64,000 nt of DNA from positions 34,116 to 98,115 of the forward strand of contig JBAZNL010000003.1 of assembly GCA_041649275.1 (NCBI GenBank), written 5' to 3'. The stretch's first letter is position 1. Every line of letters begins with the position of its first letter. The stretch comes from Candidatus Izemoplasmatales bacterium (lineage in GTDB: Bacteria; Bacillota_I; Bacilli_A; Izemoplasmatales; Hujiaoplasmataceae). The notes under the pieces were generated by a model. That model searched no databases, had not been told where the DNA came from, and saw nothing but the letters and a program-made list of their open reading frames with translations. Positions 17,903 to 26,586 of this stretch are shown in pieces. Made by a program: the position numbers and the translations under genes.

Positions 17903-18433
17903 ATGCTGGAAGTCGTGAATGCAATTCTTGATTATATTGAAAATCACCTATTTGAGGAAATCACGCTTGAAGACCTGTCGGCATATTCCCATTACTCAAA
18001 GTTTCATCTGAGTCGGGAGTTCAATAAAATGGTCGGGACCTCCATACCGGAATACATCACAAGGCGACGACTTTCGAATGCCGCCATCATGATTTTTGAA
18101 ACGGACAAAACCATAAGCTATATTGCAAATACTCATGGCTATAACTCGGACAAGTATTTTAGCACCGTATTCAAGAAGAATTTCGGAGTATCTCCAAGTG
18201 CCTATCGAAACAACCCGGGAATGATCTATCTGTACCCAAAAAGAATGATGAAAGGAGGAGAACAAAAAACCATGAGGAGACTGGATGATATCGTTTGTGA
18301 AGTCAATGTTTCGTCCAAAGACGACAATGAAGTTCGAGTGACCCTAAGCAACATTGAAGTCAATGGAAAAGACGTTACTTCATCCATCGAACTTCAAGAT
18401 AACGGGAACGTGAAAGTCACTTTCTTGGAATGA
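17903..18433 (+). CDS. AraC-family regulator with N-terminal HTH, paralog of 16284-17045
   Basis: The AraC HTH signature is present (YSKFHLSREFNK..., ANTHGYNSDKYFSTVFKK). ATG at 17903 has a GGGAGAG RBS. GTG at 17876 is an alternative start. There is a short C-terminal beta-rich domain. Confidence 0.7.
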   Translation: MLEVVNAILDYIENHLFEEITLEDLSAYSHYSKFHLSREFNKMVGTSIPEYITRRRLSNAAIMIFETDKTISYIANTHGYNSDKYFSTVFKKNFGVSPSAYRNNPGMIYLYPKRMMKGGEQKTMRRLDDIVCEVNVSSKDDNEVRVTLSNIEVNGKDVTSSIELQDNGNVKVTFLE

Positions 18434-18837
18434 ATCCATATCCGATCAAGTAGTCAAAGACGTTTGGCTACTTTTTCTTTTTATATATCCCAACCAGTAT
18501 ATGTGCATCGAGAGAAACACGGATAAGGGCGAGGTGCGGCCGACAAAGGTCGTTTGAATTGATTGCGGCACGCCGACCGAATGACTCAATGGTTCAACGG
18601 CTCCTCCTCACGAATCGATGCATCGATGATATCCACGCACGTCAGGAATGTCGAACAGCCCGCTCCTCCTCGAAACCAAGCATGGTTGCCTCATAGGCCA
18701 AATCTTGATGATCCAACCAAGAGACGTTCATGAAGCCGTTTGACCAATTCGAAGTGTGTCGAATGGCGTTTGATGTTTCTCTTTTTCCATGTTATCGGCT
18801 TTACATTTTTGATGAGACATAGTACAATATGAACATC

Positions 18838-18853
18838 GACTACATTTGTAGTC
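18838..18853. promoter_or_regulatory. perfect 16-bp palindrome GACTACATTTGTAGTC, candidate BlaI/MecI-type operator
   Basis: TACA-N-TGTA dyads are the recognised core of BlaI/MecI/CopY operators. This one sits 22 nt upstream of the BlaI-like gene start and overlaps a TACAAT -10-like element. Confidence 0.55.
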
Positions 18854-18875
18854 AGAAATAGAGAGGCTATCAAAC

Positions 18876-19811
18876 ATGATCAAGCTTACCGACGCCGAAT
18901 GGCAGGTCATGCGTATTGTTTGGGAAAGACAACCGGTAACGGCAAATGAAGCGACCCAGGATTTGTATGAATCCCAGGCCTGGACCATCAGCACCGTCAA
19001 GACGCTGTTGTCAAGACTCGTGGATAAAGGATTGATCCAGGCTGAACCTCAAGGAAAGAAGTACCTCTACCAAGCGATTTGGACCGAACGCGAATGCGTC
19101 ATATCGGAAATGAAACAGGCGTTGCATCGAATCTATGGCGGACATCTGCGATATCAATCCAACCGATTTGCTTTCTTTGGTGCGCAATTGAACACGGATT
19201 TGAAGGATTTCGCTTCGTTTCTGGAAGACAGGACGGATCGAATCGAAAATCGATACGCGTTCAAGATGGATGAGAGACAAGAAATCATCATGTATCGGAC
19301 GAAAGCACGAATGCATTCGGCATTGGGTCTGGCAGACGCACCGGAATGGCTCCGTGCCGCCTGGGTATGGGACATCATCCATTTGGCTCCCGAAGACAGC
19401 TTTGACGACATCCAATTCAAGGCCGCCGCATTGTTCGTGTGGATGCAAAGAGTCATTTTCAGTGTGAACTCATCCGCACCCTACTGGTTATCTCAAGGAA
19501 TTGCGGCATTTGAGAGCGACCTTATCAATCCTTCTCGCCTTGCGAAGACGATGGAATCGCTGCTGCCAACTCTCCGTCAAGATGCCGTGCTGAATCTTGG
19601 CAATCATTATGAACTGTTCCGTCTTCAGGGGGGTTATGAGTTGACGACGACGGCTGTTCAATTCATCGTCAGGACATTTGGATGGGACAGACTCGTAGAA
19701 TTCGTGAAACATCCGGATGCATATGAGGAATTGTTCCATCTTTCTCAGGACGATTTCTGGCATGAATGGTTCAAGCAAGTCGACACAGAGTATTCAGGGA
19801 AGGAATCCTAA
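18876..19811 (+). CDS. BlaI/MecI/CopY-family winged-helix repressor fused to an approximately 190-aa C-terminal domain of unknown function
   Basis: The N-terminus MIKLTDAEWQVMRIVWERQPVTANEATQDL...WTISTVKTLLSRLVDKGLI is the penicillinase-repressor DNA-binding domain. The total length is 311 aa, whereas canonical BlaI is about 125 aa. Confidence 0.7.
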   Translation: MIKLTDAEWQVMRIVWERQPVTANEATQDLYESQAWTISTVKTLLSRLVDKGLIQAEPQGKKYLYQAIWTERECVISEMKQALHRIYGGHLRYQSNRFAFFGAQLNTDLKDFASFLEDRTDRIENRYAFKMDERQEIIMYRTKARMHSALGLADAPEWLRAAWVWDIIHLAPEDSFDDIQFKAAALFVWMQRVIFSVNSSAPYWLSQGIAAFESDLINPSRLAKTMESLLPTLRQDAVLNLGNHYELFRLQGGYELTTTAVQFIVRTFGWDRLVEFVKHPDAYEELFHLSQDDFWHEWFKQVDTEYSGKES

Positions 19812-19813
19812 CC

Positions 19814-21307
19814 ATGATCACAAGAACGCTCAGAATGATCGTGATTTATGCGATTTGTATCTTTGCGATGGGTTGTACGGCCATTTCTACGACATCCACT
19901 GCCTCGATGACGAATTCCACCACCTCGACCACGACATCGTCAACCACCACCTCAACCACGACAGCGCCGACCACGGCGACGACTACGACAACGCCGACCA
20001 CCACCTCATCCACGACAACGTCATCCATCACGACGACCGGAACGACTACGGTTGCGACGACTTCGGTTGTGACATTGGAGCCTGGTCATTTCCCGCTATC
20101 GAAACTACAAACTGATTACGATCAATTTGTTCGATATTTGTCATACAATCCGCAGATTTTCACCAATCGGGTCGAACTGGAGGAGGTCATCGAAAGCCAG
20201 CGGGAGTTGCTTGCGGATGGAATGACCAGCCTGGAATTCTTCCGAGTGATTACCGTGGTGATGTCAGCGATTCGGTGCGGTCATTCTTTCGTCATCATCC
20301 CGTCTGCCATTATCGGAGAAGTGTTTGACGCCGAGTCGGCGTATCCGATTGATGTACGCCTGATCGAAGGGAAACTATATGTTGTCGGGATTGATGGAGA
20401 TACTCAATTGGAATTCGGGGATGAAATTGTGTCCATTGACGGTATCAGCACACAAGATGTTACGGCGGACATGATGCGATATTTGAGTGCTGACGGCGAA
20501 GGAACTGCGTACAAGACGATTGTTTTTAGCCAATACTACCTCTATTATTATCAGCTTTATCTCGCAACCGAAGAAGCTATCGATGTGGAATACATCGATG
20601 ACAGTACAGGTGCCAGCCAATCGGAGACACTCACGAGAAATTGTCCGAACGTGCACGGTTGGGTTCAAGAGGAACCGTTTGAAGCAACGTACGAAGATGA
20701 TGTCGCGATCATGACCTTACGGACCTTTTATCCAGAATATCCGTACACCTTGACGGATTTCTACCTGTTCTTTGAGGAATTCTTTCAAACGGTTGCGTCT
20801 CAGGGCATTCATAAAATGATTCTGGACATCCGTGGAAACGGAGGCGGAGATCCGCGAGTTGCCAGTCGGCTGCTTTCGTATCTGCTGCCTGAACCGGCAC
20901 CCTACTTCGCACCGGAAAGCCCGAATTACTATACTGGGCTCAAAGACCGCGTTCCCCTTTCTGAACCACATTATGATGGAAGACTCGCCACGCTTGCAGA
21001 CGCGTTTTGTTTTTCTACCTGTGGACATTTCGCCTCGTTATTACAATTTCACCAGGTGGGAGTCATCATCGGCGAGGAAACCGGCGGTGGATACACCTGT
21101 TCCGATACCTCAAGGAATTTTACCCTGTCGAACACGATGATGCAAATACGAACGTCGACAACTCAATGGACCGTCGCCGTGGAAGACATGACGAAGGGAA
21201 GGGGAGCCCTTCCAAGCATCCATGCCTATATGAGCCTTGAAGATTACCGAGATGAAGTCGATCGTGTTTACCTTACGGGAATCGAGTGGCTGAACGAGCA
21301 GGAATGA
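19814..21307 (+). CDS. S41-family (C-terminal processing / tail-specific) peptidase lipoprotein with Thr/Ser-rich linker
   Basis: The N-terminus CIFAMGC is a lipobox. A 70-aa T/S-rich low-complexity linker follows. The S41 motif MILDIRGNGGGD is present. The ATG lies 3 nt after the BlaI-like stop. Confidence 0.7.
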   Translation: MITRTLRMIVIYAICIFAMGCTAISTTSTASMTNSTTSTTTSSTTTSTTTAPTTATTTTTPTTTSSTTTSSITTTGTTTVATTSVVTLEPGHFPLSKLQTDYDQFVRYLSYNPQIFTNRVELEEVIESQRELLADGMTSLEFFRVITVVMSAIRCGHSFVIIPSAIIGEVFDAESAYPIDVRLIEGKLYVVGIDGDTQLEFGDEIVSIDGISTQDVTADMMRYLSADGEGTAYKTIVFSQYYLYYYQLYLATEEAIDVEYIDDSTGASQSETLTRNCPNVHGWVQEEPFEATYEDDVAIMTLRTFYPEYPYTLTDFYLFFEEFFQTVASQGIHKMILDIRGNGGGDPRVASRLLSYLLPEPAPYFAPESPNYYTGLKDRVPLSEPHYDGRLATLADAFCFSTCGHFASLLQFHQVGVIIGEETGGGYTCSDTSRNFTLSNTMMQIRTSTTQWTVAVEDMTKGRGALPSIHAYMSLEDYRDEVDRVYLTGIEWLNEQE

Positions 21308-21345
21308 TTACGAAATTCACGACAATATTACAAAAGGAGAATGAA

Positions 21346-22113
21346 ATGAATGAAGTAACGAATAACATTGAAAAGTACTACCACATTTTCAATACATTTG
21401 AACCGTTCAACAATTTCGTCAAGTATGCGATTAGGGATCATCGACCACAAATATTCGTTGACGATGAAGAACATTGCAAATGCGCAATCCTATATTTGAA
21501 GCCCGCCTATTTCATAATTGGAGAGCCGCGCGTTGAATATGCTGAAGGTGTCTTCAACCTGTTTCATAAAGACTCGTGGATCATTGCACAGTCGGAGCTT
21601 TGGAAGCAGGCCATAGAAGCATATTTCAAAGATCATGTCGCGACACACCCTAGAGTGCTTTTCAACTCCAGTTCACTGAACGTGGACCATATCATCAAGC
21701 AAAGAAAAGAAATGCCATCGGGGCTTTCGATCGTTCCGATTGAAAAGAAACACATCGAATCAGGCATGATTAATCATGATGTAATTCAAAGATTCTTTAC
21801 AAAGAGCGATTTTTTGGAAAACGGTTTTGGCTTTGCCCTCGTGGGTGAAGATGGGAAATGTGAAGGATTCTCTTTGACGAATTATCCGGTGATTGGAAAG
21901 GATATCGAACTGTATTTCAGAGTCGGGTATGATACATATCCCGACTATCGCTCGAAAGGGATGGGAACCAACCTGTGTACCTATTTCATCGAAGAAGCAT
22001 TCAGGCGTGGGTATAATCCGGTCTGGGATTCCGCAAACGATATATCATCCCACATCGCCAAAAAACTCGGGTACATCGCGGAAAAGGAATGGTATATGTA
22101 TCATATTCTATAA
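21346..22113 (+). CDS. GNAT-family N-acetyltransferase
   Basis: The C-terminal domain has the GNAT motif-A-like RSKGMGTNL and YNPVWDS. The start at 21346 has an AAAGGAGA RBS; the track's 21286 start would overlap the S41 gene. Confidence 0.6.
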   Translation: MNEVTNNIEKYYHIFNTFEPFNNFVKYAIRDHRPQIFVDDEEHCKCAILYLKPAYFIIGEPRVEYAEGVFNLFHKDSWIIAQSELWKQAIEAYFKDHVATHPRVLFNSSSLNVDHIIKQRKEMPSGLSIVPIEKKHIESGMINHDVIQRFFTKSDFLENGFGFALVGEDGKCEGFSLTNYPVIGKDIELYFRVGYDTYPDYRSKGMGTNLCTYFIEEAFRRGYNPVWDSANDISSHIAKKLGYIAEKEWYMYHIL

Positions 22114-22163
22114 CCGGTTGAGAAAAAGCGGATTGCTGCCGAAAATCCAAGGGAGTAAGTGGA

Positions 22164-23102
22164 ATGAAGAAATTGATTCTGTTCGTTTGTATGATCTGCT
22201 TATCATTTCTACATGGATGTTTTGAAATCTCCACACACATGGATACTCTAGACACAAGCACTACCGTAATCAGCACATCATCAATGACGACAAGTTTTGC
22301 GACTACTCAGAGTTCCGAAATCACGACTACGTTCATGAAAGCTGCTCTATTTGGCGAACCAGGCGTGACTCCGGAAATCTTCGCGCCCGGGTTCATCAGC
22401 ACCGAAACGAACTTCGAATTTGCTGGTACATTTTCACCAGATTATCGATATTACTTCTTTACGCGAAGAGCTCCCGAAGGTGCAAATCGGATTTTTTACT
22501 CAGAGTATATTGACGGACAGTGGTCACATGCGGAGCTATCACCGATCAGCGAAGATGTCGATGAATTTGAACCATTCATCACCCCCGACGGGAAAATGGT
22601 GTATTTCGGATCAATGCGTGATAATCGAAGCGATTATGCCATCTATCAAAGCGAATTTGCTAATGGCGCTTGGCAAACCCCTACATATTGTGATAATGGA
22701 TTGAATTCTGGATTCTCCATGTATGTTACTGTCTCAACATATGGGAATATCTATTTCACCGGTTTGAATGGCATTTACGTCATCAAGAATATGGAAGGGG
22801 AATTTCAATCAAGAGTATCTACGGGGATCGCAGGGGCGCATCCCTACATTTCACCAGATGAATCGTATATGTTGTTTGATAGGGAATCCGGATCAAGCAG
22901 ATACATATACATTACCATTCAGAATAATGGTCATTGGAGCACTCCCGTAAAACTGGGATCCGACATCAATCAATCCGGAGCTGAACAATTATGCCCATCG
23001 GTAACCACAGATGGAAAGTACTTTTTCTTCAGTCGTTTTATTGAAGGTGTCAGCAATATTTACTGGGTTGATGCATCGTGTCTGGATCAGTATCTCGATT
23101 GA
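22164..23102 (+). CDS. lipoprotein with WD40-like (PD40/TolB-type) beta-propeller repeats
   Basis: The N-terminus has a signal peptide and an LHGC lipobox, followed by a T/S-rich linker. Repeated segments (DGKMVYFGS, PYISPDESYMLFD, DGKYFFFSR) are typical of PD40 blades. Confidence 0.6.
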   Translation: MKKLILFVCMICLSFLHGCFEISTHMDTLDTSTTVISTSSMTTSFATTQSSEITTTFMKAALFGEPGVTPEIFAPGFISTETNFEFAGTFSPDYRYYFFTRRAPEGANRIFYSEYIDGQWSHAELSPISEDVDEFEPFITPDGKMVYFGSMRDNRSDYAIYQSEFANGAWQTPTYCDNGLNSGFSMYVTVSTYGNIYFTGLNGIYVIKNMEGEFQSRVSTGIAGAHPYISPDESYMLFDRESGSSRYIYITIQNNGHWSTPVKLGSDINQSGAEQLCPSVTTDGKYFFFSRFIEGVSNIYWVDASCLDQYLD

Positions 23103-23421
23103 TTGTCGTAACGCACCCAATCGCGCGTGATGAACCCCTGCAGAGCGGTTTTTTTTTGATTGTTCGAAGGGAGCTTCCCCTGATCCGCAATCTCGCATGT
23201 CCAGACGGCGGTAGCGCCCCGACGCAATCGTGACGAAGGGACCAAACCAAAACGAATCATAAATGATGATTGTTTTGTGAAACCTGAAATGCTATGATGG
23301 AAGTGGTTTTCATTCATCATTGGGTCGGATTCGTCAGGATGGGTCATTCAACGATTCGTTGATGTCTTGTTGATAGGAACTTCGTCGCTTTGGCGGTATT
23401 GTATGACTGGGAGGGTTGCCA

Positions 23422-24726
23422 ATGGAAATCGGACTGATGATCTCGAAACGAAGAAAAGAACTCGGCATGACCCAGCAGCAGCTTTCGGACCGACTCTACG
23501 TGACGGTCCAGGCGGTCAGCAAGTGGGAGACGGGAGCGGGGAATCCGGACATCCACATGATTCCGCAGATCGCGAGCGTCCTGAATCTCGAGATCGCCCG
23601 CCTGTTCGAGAACGGTGATGGAAAGGCGGATCGCGATCAAGCCGATATCGTCGAGAAGGATCCGATCGCGGAGAGGTATGTCGCATATCGGAAATACATC
23701 ATCCTGTCCGGATTGTTCCTCATGATCGCGTTTCTGTTCTTCGGACTGTTGTATGCGGACAAACTGGACCATCACGCCTACTTGTACGATTGGGTGATCT
23801 ACGGCGGCTTCATCGTCTGCGGAATCGTCTGCTTCGGGCTGTTCTTCCTTCTGACGGCGCCCTCTCCCAGGACCGACCGGGAAGACGATCCGAAAAGGAT
23901 TCAGGAAAGGCGGAACACCAGAATCCTGGCGACCTTTCCCATCGTTCTCGTCCTCGGGGAGTACTTGTTCTTCCTGATCATGAACGACGATTTCTATTCC
24001 CCCGTGATCGCGACGGACTTCTTCAGCTTCTTCGTGTTCACATGCGCCCTGGTTTATTATCTTCTGCCGGCGGCGATCCCGATCTTCCTCGTGTATCGCC
24101 ATCCCGCGAATCGGCAGCTGCTCGTGCCGTTCTCGGTCGTCGCGCTGTTCATCCTGTGCCAGTTGGTCGACCTGAAGGTCTTCCAGAATGTCGCCGTCGT
24201 CTCCGGCACCATCCTCACGTTCGTCTGGGGCCTCCAGCTGGTGTCGCGAATGATCTTCCAGTCGATGAAGCATGCGGAACGGCGACGGATCCGGCGGCTC
24301 CCGTTCGACCTTTTCCTGACGGTCGTCGCATTTCTTCTGGTCGTCCTGCTGTTTGCCGGAATGTTCATGAACCTTTCCGCGAGGACCGACACGATGCTGG
24401 ACGAAGTGTTGTCCGCATACACCCTGTTCAGCGTCTTCTATGTCGCCCTGTACGTCGTCACGCTTCTGTTCCATTCTTCCGATTCGCTGTTCGGACGGCT
24501 TTTCAAGAAGTCGCTCCCCGCTTCACTCCCAGAAGGAAAGGCCGTGGAATGGTTTTCGCGCCATCGAAGCATCCTGGGCTTCGCCTTCCTGACCCTCGTC
24601 GTCGTCGTCTACGTCATCCTGAGGATGCAGATCGACTTGACGAGAGCCGACGGCATCATCTGGATCGGGATCGCCTCGCTGATGGCGACGATCCTGATCG
24701 ACGCCCGGCTCGGTCCGACACGGTGA
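23422..24726 (+). CDS. membrane-bound XRE-family (Cro/C1-type HTH) regulator
   Basis: The N-terminal HTH reads LGMTQQQLSDRLYVTVQAVSKWETG. About 8 TM helices follow. The start at 23422 has a GGGAGGG RBS. This is the first gene after GC content returns to about 65%. Confidence 0.65.
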   Translation: MEIGLMISKRRKELGMTQQQLSDRLYVTVQAVSKWETGAGNPDIHMIPQIASVLNLEIARLFENGDGKADRDQADIVEKDPIAERYVAYRKYIILSGLFLMIAFLFFGLLYADKLDHHAYLYDWVIYGGFIVCGIVCFGLFFLLTAPSPRTDREDDPKRIQERRNTRILATFPIVLVLGEYLFFLIMNDDFYSPVIATDFFSFFVFTCALVYYLLPAAIPIFLVYRHPANRQLLVPFSVVALFILCQLVDLKVFQNVAVVSGTILTFVWGLQLVSRMIFQSMKHAERRRIRRLPFDLFLTVVAFLLVVLLFAGMFMNLSARTDTMLDEVLSAYTLFSVFYVALYVVTLLFHSSDSLFGRLFKKSLPASLPEGKAVEWFSRHRSILGFAFLTLVVVVYVILRMQIDLTRADGIIWIGIASLMATILIDARLGPTR

Positions 24727-24769
24727 ACGCACAAACGAAGACCGACACATCGCTCGAAGGAGGAGTCAA

Positions 24770-26101
24770 ATGGGAAATCATTCGTTAAGAAGATTCGCAT
24801 GGGCCGTGGCAATCGTCTCCTTGGGATTCCTGATGTCGTCGTGCGACCTGATGCTGCTGGATCCGGTCGCCACCGCCACGACGCTGTTCCCCATCGATGA
24901 ACTCGAAGCGCCTCAAATGACCTACAACACGATCGACCAGACATTCCGTTGGGAAGCCGTCGAGAATGCGTCCGAGTATCAGATCTATGTCGACAACGTC
25001 CTGCGGATGACGACCACGGAACTGACGTGTTCGATCGACTTCAACGACTATCTGGTTTCGCATCTGGTCGGCATTCGTGCGATACCGACGGATTTCGACC
25101 TTCATGCGCCTTCGATCGTCCGAACCATCTCGTTTTCATCTCCGTTATCCTCCTACGACCACATATGGGTGAGCACCGACCCCTGGACGACCAATACGAT
25201 TCCGGCGGACGCGTATGGCAATTGCGTCTACCTGTTCACGCCGGAATACGAATCCGATTACCACCTTACGCTACGGTTCGTCTCGGCTCCGGAGGGATGG
25301 ACCGGGTTGCCGCTTCATTGGAACAATCCGGAAACCCAGCGACCGGAACAACTCGACGCGAACGACGACGGCACCTACGATGTCCACCTCTATCCGGACA
25401 CGACGTACCTGTTCGTCCTCTACGACGTGCCGTCTCCGATGACGGCGAAACTCGAAGTGGATTATCGTTTCGCGTATTCGGAGAATGAATCGGAGATCTT
25501 TTCGCTCGCTCCCGAAGAGCGGCAGGTGCTCAAACTGGATGCCCGTGACGTCGGGTTCTATGCGTATGTGAGCGAAGACAATGTCCAGGTGATCATGCAG
25601 GCTTATGATCCCGCCGGAAACCAACTCGGCGGGTGGTACGGGTATGCATTCTTCGAGATCAGGGAGCATGATGTGCTGCCCGACGCTCCGTATGAACTTC
25701 ATCTCTGGAATCCCGCAGATGTCGCCGTCGAATTCCGCATCCTGAAGTTGGACATGTCGCATCGGACTTTGGAACCGAACCGGGAATTCGAGTTTCAAAC
25801 GTCGAATCACGTGGAGGTTTTGGCGATTCCGACCGGTTTTGCCGGTTATTCGGCTTCCATCAAATACATTTATTTCAGATTCTCGGATCTCCATCAAAGC
25901 ATCGAATTCGTCAATTGGCAGAATCACTACACATATCCGGAAGGGAACCAACGGTCGCCGAATGACGGCGAACGGCTTTACGAACTGATGATCAACTGCG
26001 GGTACACGACATATATCATCATTCAACCTTGGAACAATTACCTTCCGGAATACAACGGTACGGTTTTTGTGACCATCACACTGACCGACCCGATTGGATA
26101 G
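24770..26101 (+). CDS. hypothetical lipoprotein
   Basis: 443 aa. The N-terminus has a signal peptide and an LMSSC lipobox, and the product is beta-rich. It lies immediately downstream of the membrane-bound XRE regulator. Confidence 0.55.
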   Translation: MGNHSLRRFAWAVAIVSLGFLMSSCDLMLLDPVATATTLFPIDELEAPQMTYNTIDQTFRWEAVENASEYQIYVDNVLRMTTTELTCSIDFNDYLVSHLVGIRAIPTDFDLHAPSIVRTISFSSPLSSYDHIWVSTDPWTTNTIPADAYGNCVYLFTPEYESDYHLTLRFVSAPEGWTGLPLHWNNPETQRPEQLDANDDGTYDVHLYPDTTYLFVLYDVPSPMTAKLEVDYRFAYSENESEIFSLAPEERQVLKLDARDVGFYAYVSEDNVQVIMQAYDPAGNQLGGWYGYAFFEIREHDVLPDAPYELHLWNPADVAVEFRILKLDMSHRTLEPNREFEFQTSNHVEVLAIPTGFAGYSASIKYIYFRFSDLHQSIEFVNWQNHYTYPEGNQRSPNDGERLYELMINCGYTTYIIIQPWNNYLPEYNGTVFVTITLTDPIG

Positions 26102-26329
26102 GCCGTTTCATCGGGTCAACCGGCGAAGCAGGTCAAAGGGCGCGAAAATCGGACCCGGCCGCTTCCTCGCGTTCGATCCGGATCGCGGTTGAATCGTCAC
26201 CCTTGCTGAGCGACCATTCCACTTGTTTTCCATCCCCGGGCATTCCCTTTTCCGCCGAAACGCGGTATAATATCCTTGAACCGCGGCCGTGACGGCCGTC
26301 GGCATCGCAGGACAAAGGAAGTGACGATC

Positions 26330-26479
26330 GTGGACAAGAACGACAAGGCGAAAAACGACAAGCTGACGATGAAGAAGAAGGCCGACAAGAACAACCCCAA
26401 GCTGAAGAAGCCCTTCATCGCCGGCGTTTCCGAGCCTGAACAGTCGCACAGCAAGAAGCCGAAGAAGACCTATGAATGA
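26330..26479 (+). CDS. possible small lysine-rich basic protein (49 aa)
   Basis: GTG at 26330 sits 10 nt after an AAGGAAG RBS. The product is VDKNDKAKNDKLTMKKKADKNNPKLKKPF... The composition is coding-like but it is short and has no homology signal. Confidence 0.3.
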   Translation: MDKNDKAKNDKLTMKKKADKNNPKLKKPFIAGVSEPEQSHSKKPKKTYE

Positions 26480-26538
26480 ACCCGATCGAACAAGCGTCCC
26501 TTCCCATCGAGGAAAGGACGCTTTCTATTTGATGGAAA

Positions 26539-26567
26539 AGCCGTCCGGTCGAGTCGACCGGACGGCT
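26539..26567. terminator. 29-bp perfect palindrome between convergent genes (putative bidirectional terminator)
   Basis: The sequence is AGCCGTCCGGTCGA-G-TCGACCGGACGGCT. It lies 20 nt past the stop of the minus-strand GGDEF gene, with a T-run on the minus-strand side. Confidence 0.5.
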
Positions 26568-26586
26568 GATGGAAGGAAGGTTCGTC

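Noticed and set aside
16506-23347. Short minus-strand ORFs (60-145 aa) scattered through the low-GC island
   Set aside because: Each lies inside a longer plus-strand gene with recognisable domains. They have no RBS and no conservation signal, and AT-rich DNA yields such ORFs by chance only rarely, so the longer coding frame is preferred.
23344-24474. 376-aa minus-strand ORF opposite the XRE membrane regulator
   Set aside because: It is antisense to a gene with a clear HTH and TM organisation, and its translation is Asp/Arg/Glu low complexity.
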